Below, piece by piece: positions 37,601 through 52,600 of a stretch of 64,000 bases of DNA; the stretch's first letter is position 1, and every line of letters begins with the position of its first letter. The DNA comes from Tubiluchus corallicola. Taxonomy: Eukaryota > Animalia > Priapulida. The DNA is taken from the NCBI GenBank assembly GCA_030141605.1, contig JAQGDQ010000507.1, positions 34,011 to 98,010 on the forward strand, written 5' to 3'. Under the pieces are notes generated by a model. It saw nothing but the letters and a program-made list of their open reading frames with translations. It had not been told where the DNA came from and did not search any database. The position numbers were made by a program, and so were the translations under genes.

Positions 37601-40600
37601 CTTCACGTTTTTTTCACGTGTGCGTGGCAGCAGTACAAGGGCACAGCCATTTTTTCATGTTGTTGCCCAACTGGCTGTCATTTTTGTTAATTTCTCCATG
37701 AGTTCTCGGTTCGCTGTACTTGTTTGTGAACTTTCTCTATTGCCACCACCGATGTCAGTAGAATCCACTGATGGTTTCCCATTAATTAAGGCAAGTGATG
37801 TTGTTGCCTGTCCTTGACAGGAGGAAGAAAAAAAATGTACAAAAATTATATACCAACAATCGGTGCTATATCAATATCCATGTAATGGATAAGTAGGTTG
37901 TGGGGCATATAACAATGCCATTATAACTCAAGGTAGCAAGGTAAGTAGGGCCTCGAAACCAACCGAAAACTTGATATGTGTGGTTTACGCCTTATAATAT
38001 TTTTATAGACTAAACTTTGGCATATTTTCTACACCACCCTGTACTGATATCTGGATTCCTATTACAGGTAAGTGAAATAATGCTCTTCCGTGTTTTCGCA
38101 GGGGTATGTTGGTCATTTTTGCATTGTAAAAGGAGATCCTTTCCGCATTATCAATGGATATGATAGTTGGGGAAACACTTGCGGACGTAATAATACACCC
38201 ATACCTGGAGCCCCATACTCTGGATTAGATCTGAGAGAATATAAGTATGTTAACAGAGTACTTTAGACAGTGTGTCTCAACCACTTATTATGTATATGTT
38301 CTCTTCTGAAGTATGTATATAGTACAGCAGCTAGTATATTGGTGTGGTTTATAATTGATTTTTAAGACAATCTTATATGTTTTTGATGAGCTTTTTGATT
38401 GAAGTACATGATCTCATAAAACATGTGTCTATACTCTTACAAACGAACATTGCAGAGGAATATTGGCCAAGCCAAATCGTGGGCATTTTTTGTACATCGG
38501 TGCAATGTTTGTTGCCAACTGTAATTTATTTTAAACACTAATGACATAATCTAAAAACTTCACAGCTATACTTAGTTAATGAAACATTTTATTGCGAAGC
38601 AGCCAGTTGTTTTCTTACCCAAATTGTGTAAAGAGTTTGTTAACACAGGCATCGTGTCTCATAGACGTCATGTCTCATAGACATCGTGTCTTATATTATT
38701 TAATACGGTTCTAATTCATAAACAGAAATTGAACAGTATACATTGATACCAAAAGTACCCCCCTACTGTTGTGGGTACATTTTCTTACCCAAATTGTGTA
38801 AAGAGTTTGTTAACATAGATATTGTGTCTTATACCAAAAGTATCAACCTACTGTCATTGGTACAGGTGGGGCTGTTGGATTGTGAGCTACAAGGAGGAAA
38901 TCTTAGACCTGCTCTGTCATGCTGACCTGATAGCTTAGGTGATAGAGCGTGGGAGTACTCAGGTTCAAATCCCAACTAGTCCAGCGTCTCCTTTCTCCTA
39001 CTCAATACCCGCAATGGGTGGTAAAAATTGGTAAAGTAAACCACAAGGATTTATAAAATTCTGGCACTCACATTCATAATTAATTAATGAAATTGAACAA
39101 TGTTTTATTCATTTCAGGTTTGTTTTCTACTTTGACCTGAACTGGTTTGTGGAAATTCTGAGTACTGAGACAATTTCGATTTGTATGAAGGCTTGTCCAG
39201 ATGGCATTGATTCGACTGATTGTCCGTCTTATCCTAATATTACATTTAATTTTACAAAAGATGATTGTAATGCCATCTCTGTAGCTCAGTAAGTTCTTAT
39301 ATACTTTTTTATCATGCTCACGGTATTTGGCATGGAAACTTTGTGCCACTCGCACAGCTTGCAATCTTGACAGTTATGAATGGAGATGAAAGAAATTGGC
39401 TTCAAACGCAAAATTCTCCAAAATTCCTTGCAGACATCTCGCGAGTTTGCATTTTGTATTTATCGATCAAGGGTATGTTCTTAGATCATCCTACTTTCCA
39501 CTCTGTCTTTTAGGATAGCTCCAGCTTGGATCAGTATGTCTGGCGAAGTTAAGATCCGGGCTGATTTATCCAGGGTGATTCAGTCTGATAAATCTCGAGA
39601 TTGTCGTCTGTACACATAAGGCTTCTACATTAAATAATCAGTGCACATCTCTATTGATTAAGCAATACTTCACTGTAATAAATTGTTCGGTACTATTACT
39701 CGTTCTTTTGTTTCTCCCTATCTAAAAGGTCATGTTACACTCGGCGCAGCTTCATGTACGCATAATGCGTGAAGCGTATTAAGATCCGTACACATACATG
39801 TGTGTGAGGTTGTAGAGGCGATGATAATCATGATAATAAATCAGAGGCGAATATTTACTTGTAACACAATAACAAACATTTATAGTTCAGTATACTGTGT
39901 TCCCTCACTTATCGCGAGTGTTCCTTTCCAGGCCCACCCACGATAAGTGAATTTCCGCGAAGTAGGGACACTATACTTATTTTAGTAGTTATACATTATT
40001 TTAAGTCTTTATAAACCCTCCCCGCACTCTTATACATAACAGTGAAAGAAAACAAATTGCACGGTACCTGAGCCATTCAGCGACTGGGATACAGAGCAGC
40101 ATTCTCTGGTTGGTCGATTTCCATCAATCGACCAATCGTGTGTTGTGTACAATCTCACGTTGGCAAGTAGCGTCTCAAGCGGGTGCAAGTACTACGTTTC
40201 GTTTTTGGTGTGTATTCATCCACCTGTACAAAAATGCTTTAGACGGAGTTCCGCAAAAACCCGCGAAACAGCGAAAATATGGCGATAAATATTTTACATT
40301 AATATTTTTGAAAACCCGCGAAACAGCGAGTTCGCGATAAACAAACTGCGAAGTAGCGAGGGAACACTGTAGTATAGTATTTATAAATTTACTGACAGCA
40401 AGTCACAATATAGATAACATATATTAGCATGAGATTAGGGCCCCGGGCAATTGCCCAGCATGCCCATTTAAGATGGCCCTGCTTGCGTGTGTGTGTGTGT
40501 GTGTTTTGCTTTGTTTTAGTCTTATATAATATTTTATATTTATTTATTTACAAAAATGTCAGTTATTTTTTTCAGTTCTCCTGTAGCATTCCGATGCGTT

Positions 40601-43600
40601 CCAGATAATGTAATTGAAATACAGCAGAATATCACCGATTTTTTCATTAACAGTGGTAGAGTCCAGGTATGTCAGAATTTCATTTCATTTTCTTACACGT
40701 TATCACAACTGTTTGTGGTTTAGTATCTGTTATCAATAAACAAAGGAGTATTATTAGCTTTCACTCAAAATTTGTAGCACAATCACGGGGAATTCTAAAG
40801 TTAGGGGGAACAAGCACAGAAAAAAGTCTCCGCGACACATAGCAAACAATTTTTAACACATTGATTATTATAAGAGTGCTATGGCTTCAATTGTGCCAAC
40901 ACTCCCCTCTGTCACTTTGGTTATATCCTACTTGTGACGTAGGCATTACTACTTAACTGTTAGCCTCTGCTTGGGCTTCCCTGTTGTAAGCCAACTGTAA
41001 CATTACCACCTTAAGCTGATGCTATGAAACTTCTTTACTGTTTTTAATAAAATACTTTATTTTGCCTTTATCTGTGCAGTTTTGATGTTTCCTGTTAGTG
41101 ACTTTACACTATACATTTTAATTTTGTGTTTAAAATCGAAACACAAGAATAATACAGTTTCAAAGAAAGTACATAGTTGTTATTTTCCATTTAATATCAG
41201 AACACAATAAAAAGTTTTACAGTAAGCTCATAAATCTCAAAACATAATAAAAACATGCGTGTTATTTAATTATTTTAATTTTTAATGTGAGGGTATATGT
41301 GGATAACAAGCTGACATCTAGCCAACATAATGATGAAACCATCAAGAAAGCAAGAAAGAGGCTTTGGTTAATTATGAGAACTTTCAGTTTCCTAGCTATC
41401 CCAATGTTTCTTATTTTATACAAAACATTTGTCCATCCTATCCTTGACTACGGAGATGTCATATGGAATCCATCTAGACTGAATGCAATAAGAAAGGTGG
41501 AATCTGTCCAACGTAGAGCTACAAAATTAGTTCCTGCCATGAGTCATCTGACGTATTCAGAACGGATGAGGAATTTAAAACTCCCCTCATTGAGATTTCG
41601 AAGGAAGAGAGGTGTTTTGATCCTGATGTTTCGTATCAAGAACAATCTACTAAATTACAACCTGTTCGTTATTTTGCTGATGAATAATCTACGAGGTACT
41701 GGATGTAAAGTTATTAAGCCCAGATGCAGAAACAGGAATAAGTTTATGTTCAGGACTGTCAATGATTGGGAATCATTAAAGACAAAGGTATGGTAATGCT
41801 TCACACTTTAAGACACAACTGGATCAGTATTGGAAAGACCATCCTGATGTTTCACGACCCATTTCAGCCTGAATGGACCTTATCGACGGAGAATTAAAGA
41901 CTCCCACCTGACTATACACCACAGTGGCATAGTATTAACAGTTACAGTATTTAACCAGATCCACAACGATATGTATATAATTAAGTATTGCAACCATGGG
42001 CAAAAAGCTATTAGCTTCGCCCTGATAATTGAAGGTAATCGAAAGAAGGTAAATGAAAATAAAGAATTAAAAAAATTGTTAATAAGGCACCAATTTTGAA
42101 AAATGTGCTCGTCGGAGTGGTTGTTCCCCTTGCTTCCCTTATTAGCTACACCACTGATGTTACTAATGGTGTTATGTCACCTCCAGAGTTGTTTATGTAA
42201 ATACTGATGTGGTACTTATCTGAAAAATTATGACCCATCCCTTTAAATAATGCAGTGCTATAAATTTTCCCGGCACTGGAAATGTTCTTATGCAAGACAT
42301 AAATTTGCCTTGAATTTGTTAATTTTATTTAAAAGACACTGTAATTTAAGTTTCGTGTGGTTTTCTCAAAATATGCAAAAGTTAGATTGTCCGTTTCCCA
42401 ATAATTAGTAATCTGAAGTGTTTTGAACCTGATTAACGTGCTCAGTAGGGATTATTTTCTACTTAGGCGGATGAATATAAGTCATGGAGAACGAGGATGA
42501 AGTTGCGTTTTTTGCTTAGATTAACCTTTCTGTTATAATTATGAAAGTTGTACCATCACTTTGTTTGTCTAGTAATTTTAATAAACAATATTAGAAGGAG
42601 AGATAAACAACCACATGTTTTTTCAATCAAATGAACATTGTAACAGACTGCAAATGATAATAATATTTTTTACCATCCAAATGAGACATAATTATAGGCT
42701 GTAGCTGAGTCAGTTGCTACTACATCAGCTGACTCACACAGTAAATCAGCTAGCTCGGCTGAAGTTGAGTCAGTTGTTACTACACCAGCTGACTCACACA
42801 CTGACACCAGCTACTACATCAGCTGACTCACAGTAAATCAGCGAGCTCGGCTGCAGCTGTGTCAGTTGCTACTACATCAGCTGACTCGCACAGTAAATCA
42901 GCTAACTCGGCTGAAGCTGAGTCAGTTGCTAATACATCAGCTGACTCACGCAGTAAATCTGCTAACTCGGCTGCAGCTGTGTCAGTTGCTACTACATCAG
43001 CTGACTCGCACAGTAAATCAGCTAGCTCGGCTGAAGCTGAGTCAGTTGCTAATACATCAGCTGACTCACGCAGTAAATCTGCTAACTCAGCTGAAGCTGA
43101 GTCAGTTACTACTACATCAGCAAACTCACACAGTAAATCAACTAGCTAGGCTGAAGCTGAGGCAGTTGCTACTACATCAGCTGACTCACGCAGTAAATCA
43201 GCTAGCTCGGTTAAAGTTGACTGACTTTTCACTTGAGTTGGCTTTAAAGAAAAAATTAGCTAAGTCAGCCAAAGCTACGTATTTTTGTTAACTAAACAAA
43301 TAATAATTTGTTAGTTAACTGTTGAATTATGGAGAAATTTTTTTAAAATAATTCATGTTGCTTACACACAGAAAAAAGCTAATGCACAAATTCGAATAAT
43401 GCATTAGAAACCAATGTTTTATTATTATAAAAGAGCATTGGATTTATTGCAAATATAATTTAAATTCAGCTTTTGACAAGACTTATCTTGATACTGACTA
43501 TCAAAACAGCAACATGATCCCATACGTGTGGCTTGCATTGCCTATTTGTGTATTTAATTTTAAATTGACCAGCTTTCTCGTTGAAAAATTTCTAAAGTTT

Positions 43601-46600
43601 AATATCTCTGCCAGCACACGCACAATGTGACCGCGAATCCGCAATGTGTTTGCCGTATTTCAACAAGTGATTTACATCATCATCATCATCATACGCCCGT
43701 TACGTCTATTGTAGACATTGGGCAGGCAGAATTCTAAAATAAAAGAAATCTGCCTTCAGACAGATAAACGCATCAGTAATTCAGCAAAAAAACTAGACAC
43801 TGCTACGCCAGTGGCTTGTCAGCACCACTTCCGACACACTGTATCACGTGATTATCGCAAGAGTGAAAATCTTCGCAGCCGGCAAAAATATTGGCTAGCT
43901 GGACTCCCATCCCTGAGGGGCTGACACTAGTCAAACTCAACTGACTAAATCTGGTTTTCTTATCAGCTATGTCGACTGTAGAAATAAACCGGCTGTAGCT
44001 CAACTGAAACAGCGCTGCGATGTCTTGTATTTACAGCGGCTATGAAAAGTATGAAAAAGTATTCAATTATTTTTCAGCTGTTTTTCTTCCCTTCCGTAAT
44101 TAGTCTTGTTCGGCAATATAGTAGAAAAACAAGTTTGATATCGTTTCGATGTTGATGTGATGATGTTGAACATAATCTTAAATTATTGCACTTTATTTTT
44201 TAGGAATTTGTGCAAGATGTTGCTAGTTCACTTCAGTTATTGCAAATATTGAGCGTGATTTCAATAGGTAAAATTATTGACATTATACACATTTATGATA
44301 GAAAAATGGCCTCTCACATATTTCAAATATTAGGTTCTCTTTTGTCAACCAGCATGTAGAACACGAGGTAGATTCCTGGCAAGTTTTTTAAATTTGTCTT
44401 TTGAGTTCAGTGCGTATCACCAGCATCGTTACAGTATATCAAAATTTCACATAATGCACTAAAAATTGACAAGTTGATCGGGTGTAATTAATGCTACATC
44501 GCATTAATTGCTTTCGGAAAGTAAAGGCTAATGCACATGGGCAGAAAAAAGCAGGAAACACAAATTAAATACCGAAATACGGCTAATATTACATGCACTT
44601 GTGCTAGAGAAATACAAAAACAGAAGATGTCGTTTCAAAAAACAAAAACAAGCCATAGTTTTTACATAAGTTTTTAACAGATTCTGAAGAATCATGACTT
44701 TATGACTTACGTCATTATGACTTTCTCTGTAAAAGGTTTCAACATCAATAATTTTTTACAGCATTGGTAATCGTGGCTATTTTTCTACTGCGGTACTTCT
44801 CTGGAGTAATAGTATGGGTGATCATATATGGATTCATGGCACTGTGTTTTGCAGGCACAGGGTATTTATGGTATGCCTTATTTTCATCATATTATCAGAC
44901 ACATTTTATCAGACACATTAATCTCACGATCATTTCAAACAGAAAAAACTTTTTTAAGCCTCTGAATGCAAAACTTCCTTCTTATAGCAACTCTTGTATT
45001 GTATTTTTTACAAGTAATATATTCTACAAGTGTGATATACATACACAATATTTATGGGATTCTTGTCCATCAAATATGCCTTCTTGACCATCATTCTTGT
45101 GCATCTCTACCAATACTTCTGCCTGCAATAGTTACTTAATTTTTGGTTAGATTTATGTAATCTATTAATGTATCTATCTATCTTATATGATTACATATCT
45201 ATCTATTTATGTAATTAATTTATCTAATTAATGTAATTAGATTTTTGCGCCTTTTAATGCATTACAATTAAAAGAAAAAATAATCTACGTTTTCTACTGT
45301 TTCTGCACTAGATAGATAATGCCATTTTTTGCCATTAAAATACAGTCAACCACGGATATAAGGTACACCTCCGGACCAGAAAAAATTGTCCCTTATCCGA
45401 TGTGCCTTATAGCCAAAGTTGAGTAAAACTGAGGGTGTATCTGGACTTGTGAGCTCATCTGGTAGCCTAATACTTAATGAACTTTTCGTTGCAATGTATG
45501 TAATATACCGATTTAATGCAAACACATCCTATCGGCTTGAACTGAACACAAAAATCGATGTTTATTCAAACTCACCCCAATTACAAGCCATTACAGCCGC
45601 AAGACCCTACCTTAGTCCAAGGGAATACAGTCGGGCCCTCGCGGGGTCTCGGCATATGCTTTTTAGGATATAAAAAATATTTGATCATAGGGTCCCTTAT
45701 ATGCGAGGTAATTTACCTGGGTTTGTATTACGCGGGACATGAAGATATGTCCCTTATACCGAAAGTCCCTTATATCCAAGTACCTTTTATACGAACATTT
45801 TTATAAGGAAAAACGTTACAAAAAATCGGGACCGGTGTCAGTGGTCTCTTATAAGCGAATACCTTATACCCGAGGTTGACTGTATGTACAATTGACAAGC
45901 AATTGAATATACAATGTAACAAGCAATGTGGCAGCTTACCAGTCAGTCATTTCATCATGACTAGATTGGCAATAGCGTCGTTCTAATTTACAACATTATC
46001 GCAATTAAACAAAATGTGGCTACTAAAAATACAATTATTACATACTAAACATGTTCTTTCTTCTTTTGTTAGCCCTCCCTCCTTCCTGGTTTTCTCTTAA
46101 AGGAAGACTGGACGATTGTTTAGACTCAATCTCATTTTAATTTACTGTCCAAAATATACATTCGCTTGCCTATAAAAGTGTACAATTGTTCCTTATATTT
46201 GAATAATTGGCTCAGAAAGTTAATTAATGGCAACCGAACACAGTTATTGCTTACGACAGAAACTAAGCACAGTTTGTGCAATGGCAGGCGTCTACCCTTG
46301 CACGTCAAGCACATTTGCAAGTGTAACAGTACTGTTTAAACGCATGATGTCACGAGAAATGGGCTGTACGTCATATGACGTCAGAAACTAACACTGCAGT
46401 TCATGATCATGCTTATCACGGTACCGCCTTCTATTTGTCGGCTACGCGAATATGAGGAAAAGGCGCTGCTGCCAATCTTAGTAGATTCACTGAGCCACGT
46501 GTAGCTTTGAAAGTTTAATAAAATTTGAGTATCCGAGGTAATTATTATTTAATCTAAGCTTTGATTTGGAAAAAAAAGCTATTGTAGTTTTCAATGTTTT

Positions 46601-49600
46601 AGAGAATTCTTTATTCTGAACTAATCATGCACAGTCGTTAATAATTTTTGTATATTCAATATCTTACTAATGCAGATACGTCATTACACACATTTGTAAC
46701 TTGCATGCAATGAATTTTCAATGATAATTTTTGGTGGCAACTTTCTGGAAAAAAAATAAGAAAAAATTCTTTTTTGTCTTCACTTGTCACAGAAACAAAA
46801 CCTACAAGCGCACGAGTGTCATTTGATTGCATTTCAGTAATTATATGGTACCTGCTACCAACAAAAGTTCAGCAGAGTTGTTCAAATATGTCTTTTTCTT
46901 GTAAAATAAGCAGTCCAGTTAGCAATGTATCGTTGCATTGCCAGTTAACTAGCATACTTATATTACAGTCAAACGCCTTTATACTGCCTACTTTGGGACT
47001 GCTGAAAAATTGCCGTTATAGCAAGTTTGACGTCACATCATATGCGTTAACACATACATGTCTGTGCAAATATAGACGTTTTATTTTGCTAAAAATTTGG
47101 GCATCAAGGGATGTTGCCAAGGGGTGGGGGCGTTATAATGAAGTTTGGTTGTCCTTATTTAGTAGCATAGCAATGTCATCAGATAGTAAAAACAATCATC
47201 TTTTAGCTTTTAACCTGCTAAGTTGTTAAGAATGTGGCTTTTTTGGGTAAGGTGGGGCAGCATTATGCGGCATGGCAACGGAGGCAGAGCTGGCAGTCTG
47301 CCAAGACGGCACTTCTTAGACAATGAACTTTGGTTAAGGACACTGAAAACGTTTATTCCGTTGGAACAGAGAAAGATACTATACTTCAATTTTCACTTTT
47401 CCACATACATGCCAACACGTTTGTGGAATGTTTGTGCTGTTGAAAATTATGTTCAGTTGTGATATCGTCACTATTTGGGCTTGCCTGCCATTCATTAAGT
47501 TTTTAATTTATTACTTAATTTTTAGAAATGCTTTGGCATTATTATGTGAATTAAAATATACACTTCTTACCATACTTCAAATGGGGTACGATATGAAAAA
47601 TCATCCTGGTTTGCTTTAATTAATTGTGCGTTTGCTTTATTATATTGTCCCAGGTATCGCGTTGATCTGGCAAAGAAGAAGGTGAGTTCTGATCACTCAC
47701 CAGTAGTGGAAGATGAAGCACGGAGTTGGAAAATAGGAGCAAGCTTTGCTACCTTTGCCCTTGTCGTCATATTTCTCATATTTCTTGTTATGAGAACCAG
47801 AATTGGACTGGTATGAACAATAGAACATTTATCGTGAACAGTGGCAGCTTGTGTATAGGTACTGTGGAACTGCAGCACCCCCTATTTTCACTCAATAGTA
47901 TCGATAATATTCAATATAATAAGTATTTTCTTTAATTCTTGCTTTATACTTGTATGATCCAGAGCACGTGAGGGTAATACTGTTTACTTCACAACCCAGC
48001 ACAGTGTGCTCCAACAATGCTGTGTTTGGCTGTTGTGCGCATGCGACCATGTGCACATGTCTGAGCCCAGGTAGAGAAAGTACTCTCGCTCACACAGTTC
48101 GTTGTCAGTTGTCACGTGCTTACCGCGAATGGATCAAGTATAACCTGCGACAATTTAGGCTACTAGTAAGCAAGAAATATTTTTTTTGTTTTAGATTTCA
48201 TCATCTTCATGTATAAACTTTCGAATGTTTGTTTCTTTAAAATTACAATTACAATGACAACATTAAAATTACATATGTTTGTTTAATTTTACACAGTATT
48301 AAAGCAATGGCCAAAATTTTTGTGAATCAGCACCCCCAGTAATTTTAGCTACCAGCTGCCACTGCTCACGAAGCAAACAAATGTTGAAGTTGGCTAACCC
48401 AGTGTTTTTCAACCAGTGTGCTGCGGCACACTGATGTGCCGTGAAAGATCATCAGGTGTGCCGTGGGAAATTATCTAATATCACCTAATTAACCATTGTC
48501 GGGTGTCTGTGCTGTAATAAACTGTGGCCGATAATGTAAAACTCTTTTATTTCAGTGGCTGGCAGCAGAGAGCGATAAATGCCTGTAAAGTCAGTAGAGT
48601 TAGTGTTTATGTACAGCATCATTACTTGAAATATACTTGACTCTCAAAACACTGCGGGATTGAATGATAAACAAGAGAATTATCGCTGTTGTATGTTTGC
48701 TTAGTAAATTCGTATACAGTTTACTTTGAGCACATAACTGGTTTAGATATACCATAGTTTAAGTTTGCTATATATACAAATGTAAATTTGTTGCGGGCAA
48801 TCAACCGCAGACAGCTTCATTAATATAGTAAGTTTTCAGGCTTCTTTAGAACTATCAATCGACTTGATCAGGCGTAATTGTAGGGCCAAAGAATTCCACA
48901 ATTTGGAGGCAGGAGACGTGAACGATTATGTGACTAGCCTGCTACGTGAGACTTCAAGATTTCACCACTTGAAAATCACTGGGCTAACCAATTAATTCAC
49001 ATTTTTATTTTAAATTAATGAAATCGAATACAGTAAGTTTTTGCTTAATGATGCTAATGCATTACAGCAAAATCTATTGTTAAATTATTCAAATCCACGG
49101 AAGAAGTTACAGGTAAAAAAGTCACAGGAAAAAGAAAAATCTTCCTGACCCGAATTCTAACACTAATCTCACAGGAAAAAGAAAAGTATTCCTGACACAA
49201 ATCCTAACACTAATCTCACAGGAAAAAGAAAAGTATTCCTGACACGAATCCTAACACTAATCTCACAGGAAAAAGAAAAGTATTCCTGACACAAATCCTA
49301 ACACTAATCTCACAGGAAAAAGAAAAGTATTCCTGACACAAATCCTAACACTAATCTCACAGGAAAAAGAAAAATATTCCTGACACGAATTCTAACACTA
49401 ATCTCACAGGAAAAAGAAAAGTATTCCTGACACGAATCCTAACACTAATCTCACAGGAAAAAGAAAAGTATTCCTGACACGAATTCTAACACTAATCTCA
49501 CAGGAAAAAGAAAAATATTCCTGACACGAATCCTAACACTAATCTCACAGGAAAAAGAAAAGTATTCCTGACACGAATCCTAACACTAATCCCAACTCCT

Positions 49601-52600
49601 AATCATAACCCTAGCCAAAATTGTGATTTTTTTCCCTTTGACTTTATAATAACCACTGGCCACCAATGAATCAGAGGTGACTGGAATTTTGACTTCAGTT
49701 GTAAATTTTGATATTTTGGCAAAATTTGTCATTGAAGTGACACATTCGTCATTAAGTAGTAAAATAAGTGGCAAAATCTCATCATTTGTAAGTTTGATAC
49801 TTGCTTTGGGTGGTGTCGTAATAATACTGTCTCGTTCATAAACCTTGGCTGCTTGCTTTGCTGCATGAATGTATATAAATCTGAGTGTGCCTACATCCGA
49901 GCGAGCCTACATCCGTGGGTACATATATCCGAGTGTGCTTACATCCGAGTGTGCATACATCCGAGTGTGCCTACATCCGACTGTGCATACATCCGACTGT
50001 GCATACATCCGAGTGTGCCTATGTCCGAATGTGCCTACGTCTGACTGTGCCTACGTCCGAGTGTGCCTACATCCGACTGTGCATACATCCGACTGTGCTA
50101 CATCCGACTGTGCCTGCATCCGACTGTGCCTACATCCGACTGTGCCTACATCCGAGTGTGCCTACATCCGAGTGTGCCTGCATCCAAGTGTGCCTACATC
50201 CGACTGTGCATACATCCGAGTGTGCTACATCCGACTGTTCCTACATCCGAGTGTGCCTACATCTGATTGTGCCTGCATCCGATTGTGCCTACATCCGAGT
50301 GTGCCTACATCCGACTCTGCCTACATCCGACTCTGCATACATCGGACTGTGCCTACATCCGAGTATGCCTACATCAGAGTGTGCCTACATCCAACTGTGC
50401 CTACATCCGACTGTGCCTACATCCGAGTGTGCCTACATCCGAGTGTGGCTACATCCGAGTATGCCTACATCCGAGTGTGCCTACATTCAACTGTGCCTAC
50501 ATCCCACTGTGCCTACATCTGAGTGTGCATACATCCGAATGTGGCTACATCCGAGTATGCCTACATCCGAGTGTGCCTACATCCAACTGTGCCTACATCC
50601 CACTGTGCCTACATCTGGCTGTGCCTACATCCGAGTGTGCATACATCAGACTGTGCATACATCCGAGTGTGCCTACATCCGAGTGTGCCTACATCCAACT
50701 GTGCACACATCCGACTGAGCATTCATCCGAGTGTGCTACATCCGACTGTGCCTACATCCGACTGTGCATACATCCGAGTGTGCCTACATCCGAGTGTGCA
50801 TACAACCGAGTGTGCCTACATCCGAGTGTGGCTACCTCCGAGTGTGCATACACCCGACTGTGCATACGTCCGAGTATGCCTACATCCGAGTGTGCATACA
50901 TGGGACTGTGCCTACATCCGGCTGTGCCTACATGGGACTGTGCCTACATCCGGCTGTGCCTACATCCGACTGTGCCTACATCCAAGTATCAGTACATCGG
51001 ACTGTGCATACATCCGAGTGTATATACATCCGAGTGTGCGTACATCAGACTGTGCTACATCCGACTGTGCTACATCCGACTGTGCCTGCATCCGACTGTG
51101 CCTACATCTGACTGTGCCTACATCCGAGTGTGCCTACATCCGAGTGTGGCTACATCCGAGTATGCCTACATCCGAGTGTGCCTACATCCAACTGTGCCTA
51201 CATCCCACTGTGCCTACATCTGAGTGTGCATACATCCGAGTGTGCATACATCCGACTGTGCCTACATCCGAGTGTGCATACATCCGAGTGTGCGTACATC
51301 GGACTGTGCCTACATCGGACTGTGCCTACATCCGAGTGTGCCTACGTCCGAGTGTGCCTACATCAGACTGTGCCTACATCCGAGTGTGCCTACATCCGAG
51401 TGTGCCTACATCTGCCCATGCCTACATATGAGTATGCTTGTATTCGAGTGTGCCTACATCTGACTGTGCATACATCCGAGTGTGCCTACATCCGACTGTG
51501 CCTACATCTGGCTGTGCCTACATCCGAGTGTGCATACATCAGACTGTGCATACATCCGAGGGTGCCTACATCCGAGTGTGCCTACATCCAACTGTGCATA
51601 CATCCGACTGAGCATTCATCCGAGTGTGCTACATCCGACTGTGCCTACATCCGACTGTGCATACATCCGAGTGTGCCTACATGGGTCTGTGCCTACATCC
51701 GAGTGTGCCTACATCCGAGTGTGCCTGCATCCAAGTGTGCCTACATCCGACTCTGCATACATCGGACTGTTCCTACATCCGAGTATGCCTACATCAGAGT
51801 GTGCCTACATCCAACTGTGCCTACATCCGACTGTGCCTACATCCGAGTGTGCCTACATCCGAGTGTGGCTACATCCGAGTATGCCTACATCCGAGTGTGC
51901 CTACATCCAACTGTGCCTACATCCCACTGTGCCTACATCTGAGTGTGCATACATCCGAGTGTGCATACATCCGACTGTGCCTACATCCGAGTGTGCATAC
52001 ATCCGAGTGTGCGTACATCGGACTGTGCCTACATCGGACTGTGCCTACATCCGAGTGTGCCTACGTCCGAGTGTGCCTACATCAGACTGTGCCTACATCT
52101 GAGTGTGCCTACATCCGAGTGTGCCTACATCTGCCCATGCCTACATATGAGTATGCTTGTATTCGAGTGTGCCTACATCTGACTGTGCATACATCCGAGT
52201 GTGCCTACATCCGACTGTGCATACATCCGAGTGTATATACATCCGAGTGTGCGTACATCAGACTGTGCTACATCCGACTGTGCTGCATCCGACTGTGCCT
52301 GCATCCGACTGTGCCTACATCCGACTGTGCATACATCCGAGTGTCCTACATCCGAGTGTGCATACATGGGACTGTGCCTACATCTGGCTGTGCCTACATG
52401 GGTCTGTGCCTACATCCAGCTGTGCCTACATCCGACTGTGCCTACATGGGACTGTATCCGGCTGTGCCTACATCCGAGTGTGCATACATCAGACTGTGCA
52501 TACATCCGAGTGTGCCTACATCCAACTGTGCATACATCCGACTGAGCATTCATCCGAGTGTGCTACATTCGACTGTGCCTACATCCGACTGTGCATACAT

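Noticed and set aside
42859-43291. Ser/Ala-rich adhesin-like ORF
   Set aside because: 60-bp repeat within SLC44 intron 5 without usable splice sites; exons 5 and 6 join in frame without it
46774-47229. 151-aa ORF in intron 7
   Set aside because: Non-ATG start, no recognisable motif; the antisense reading has stops
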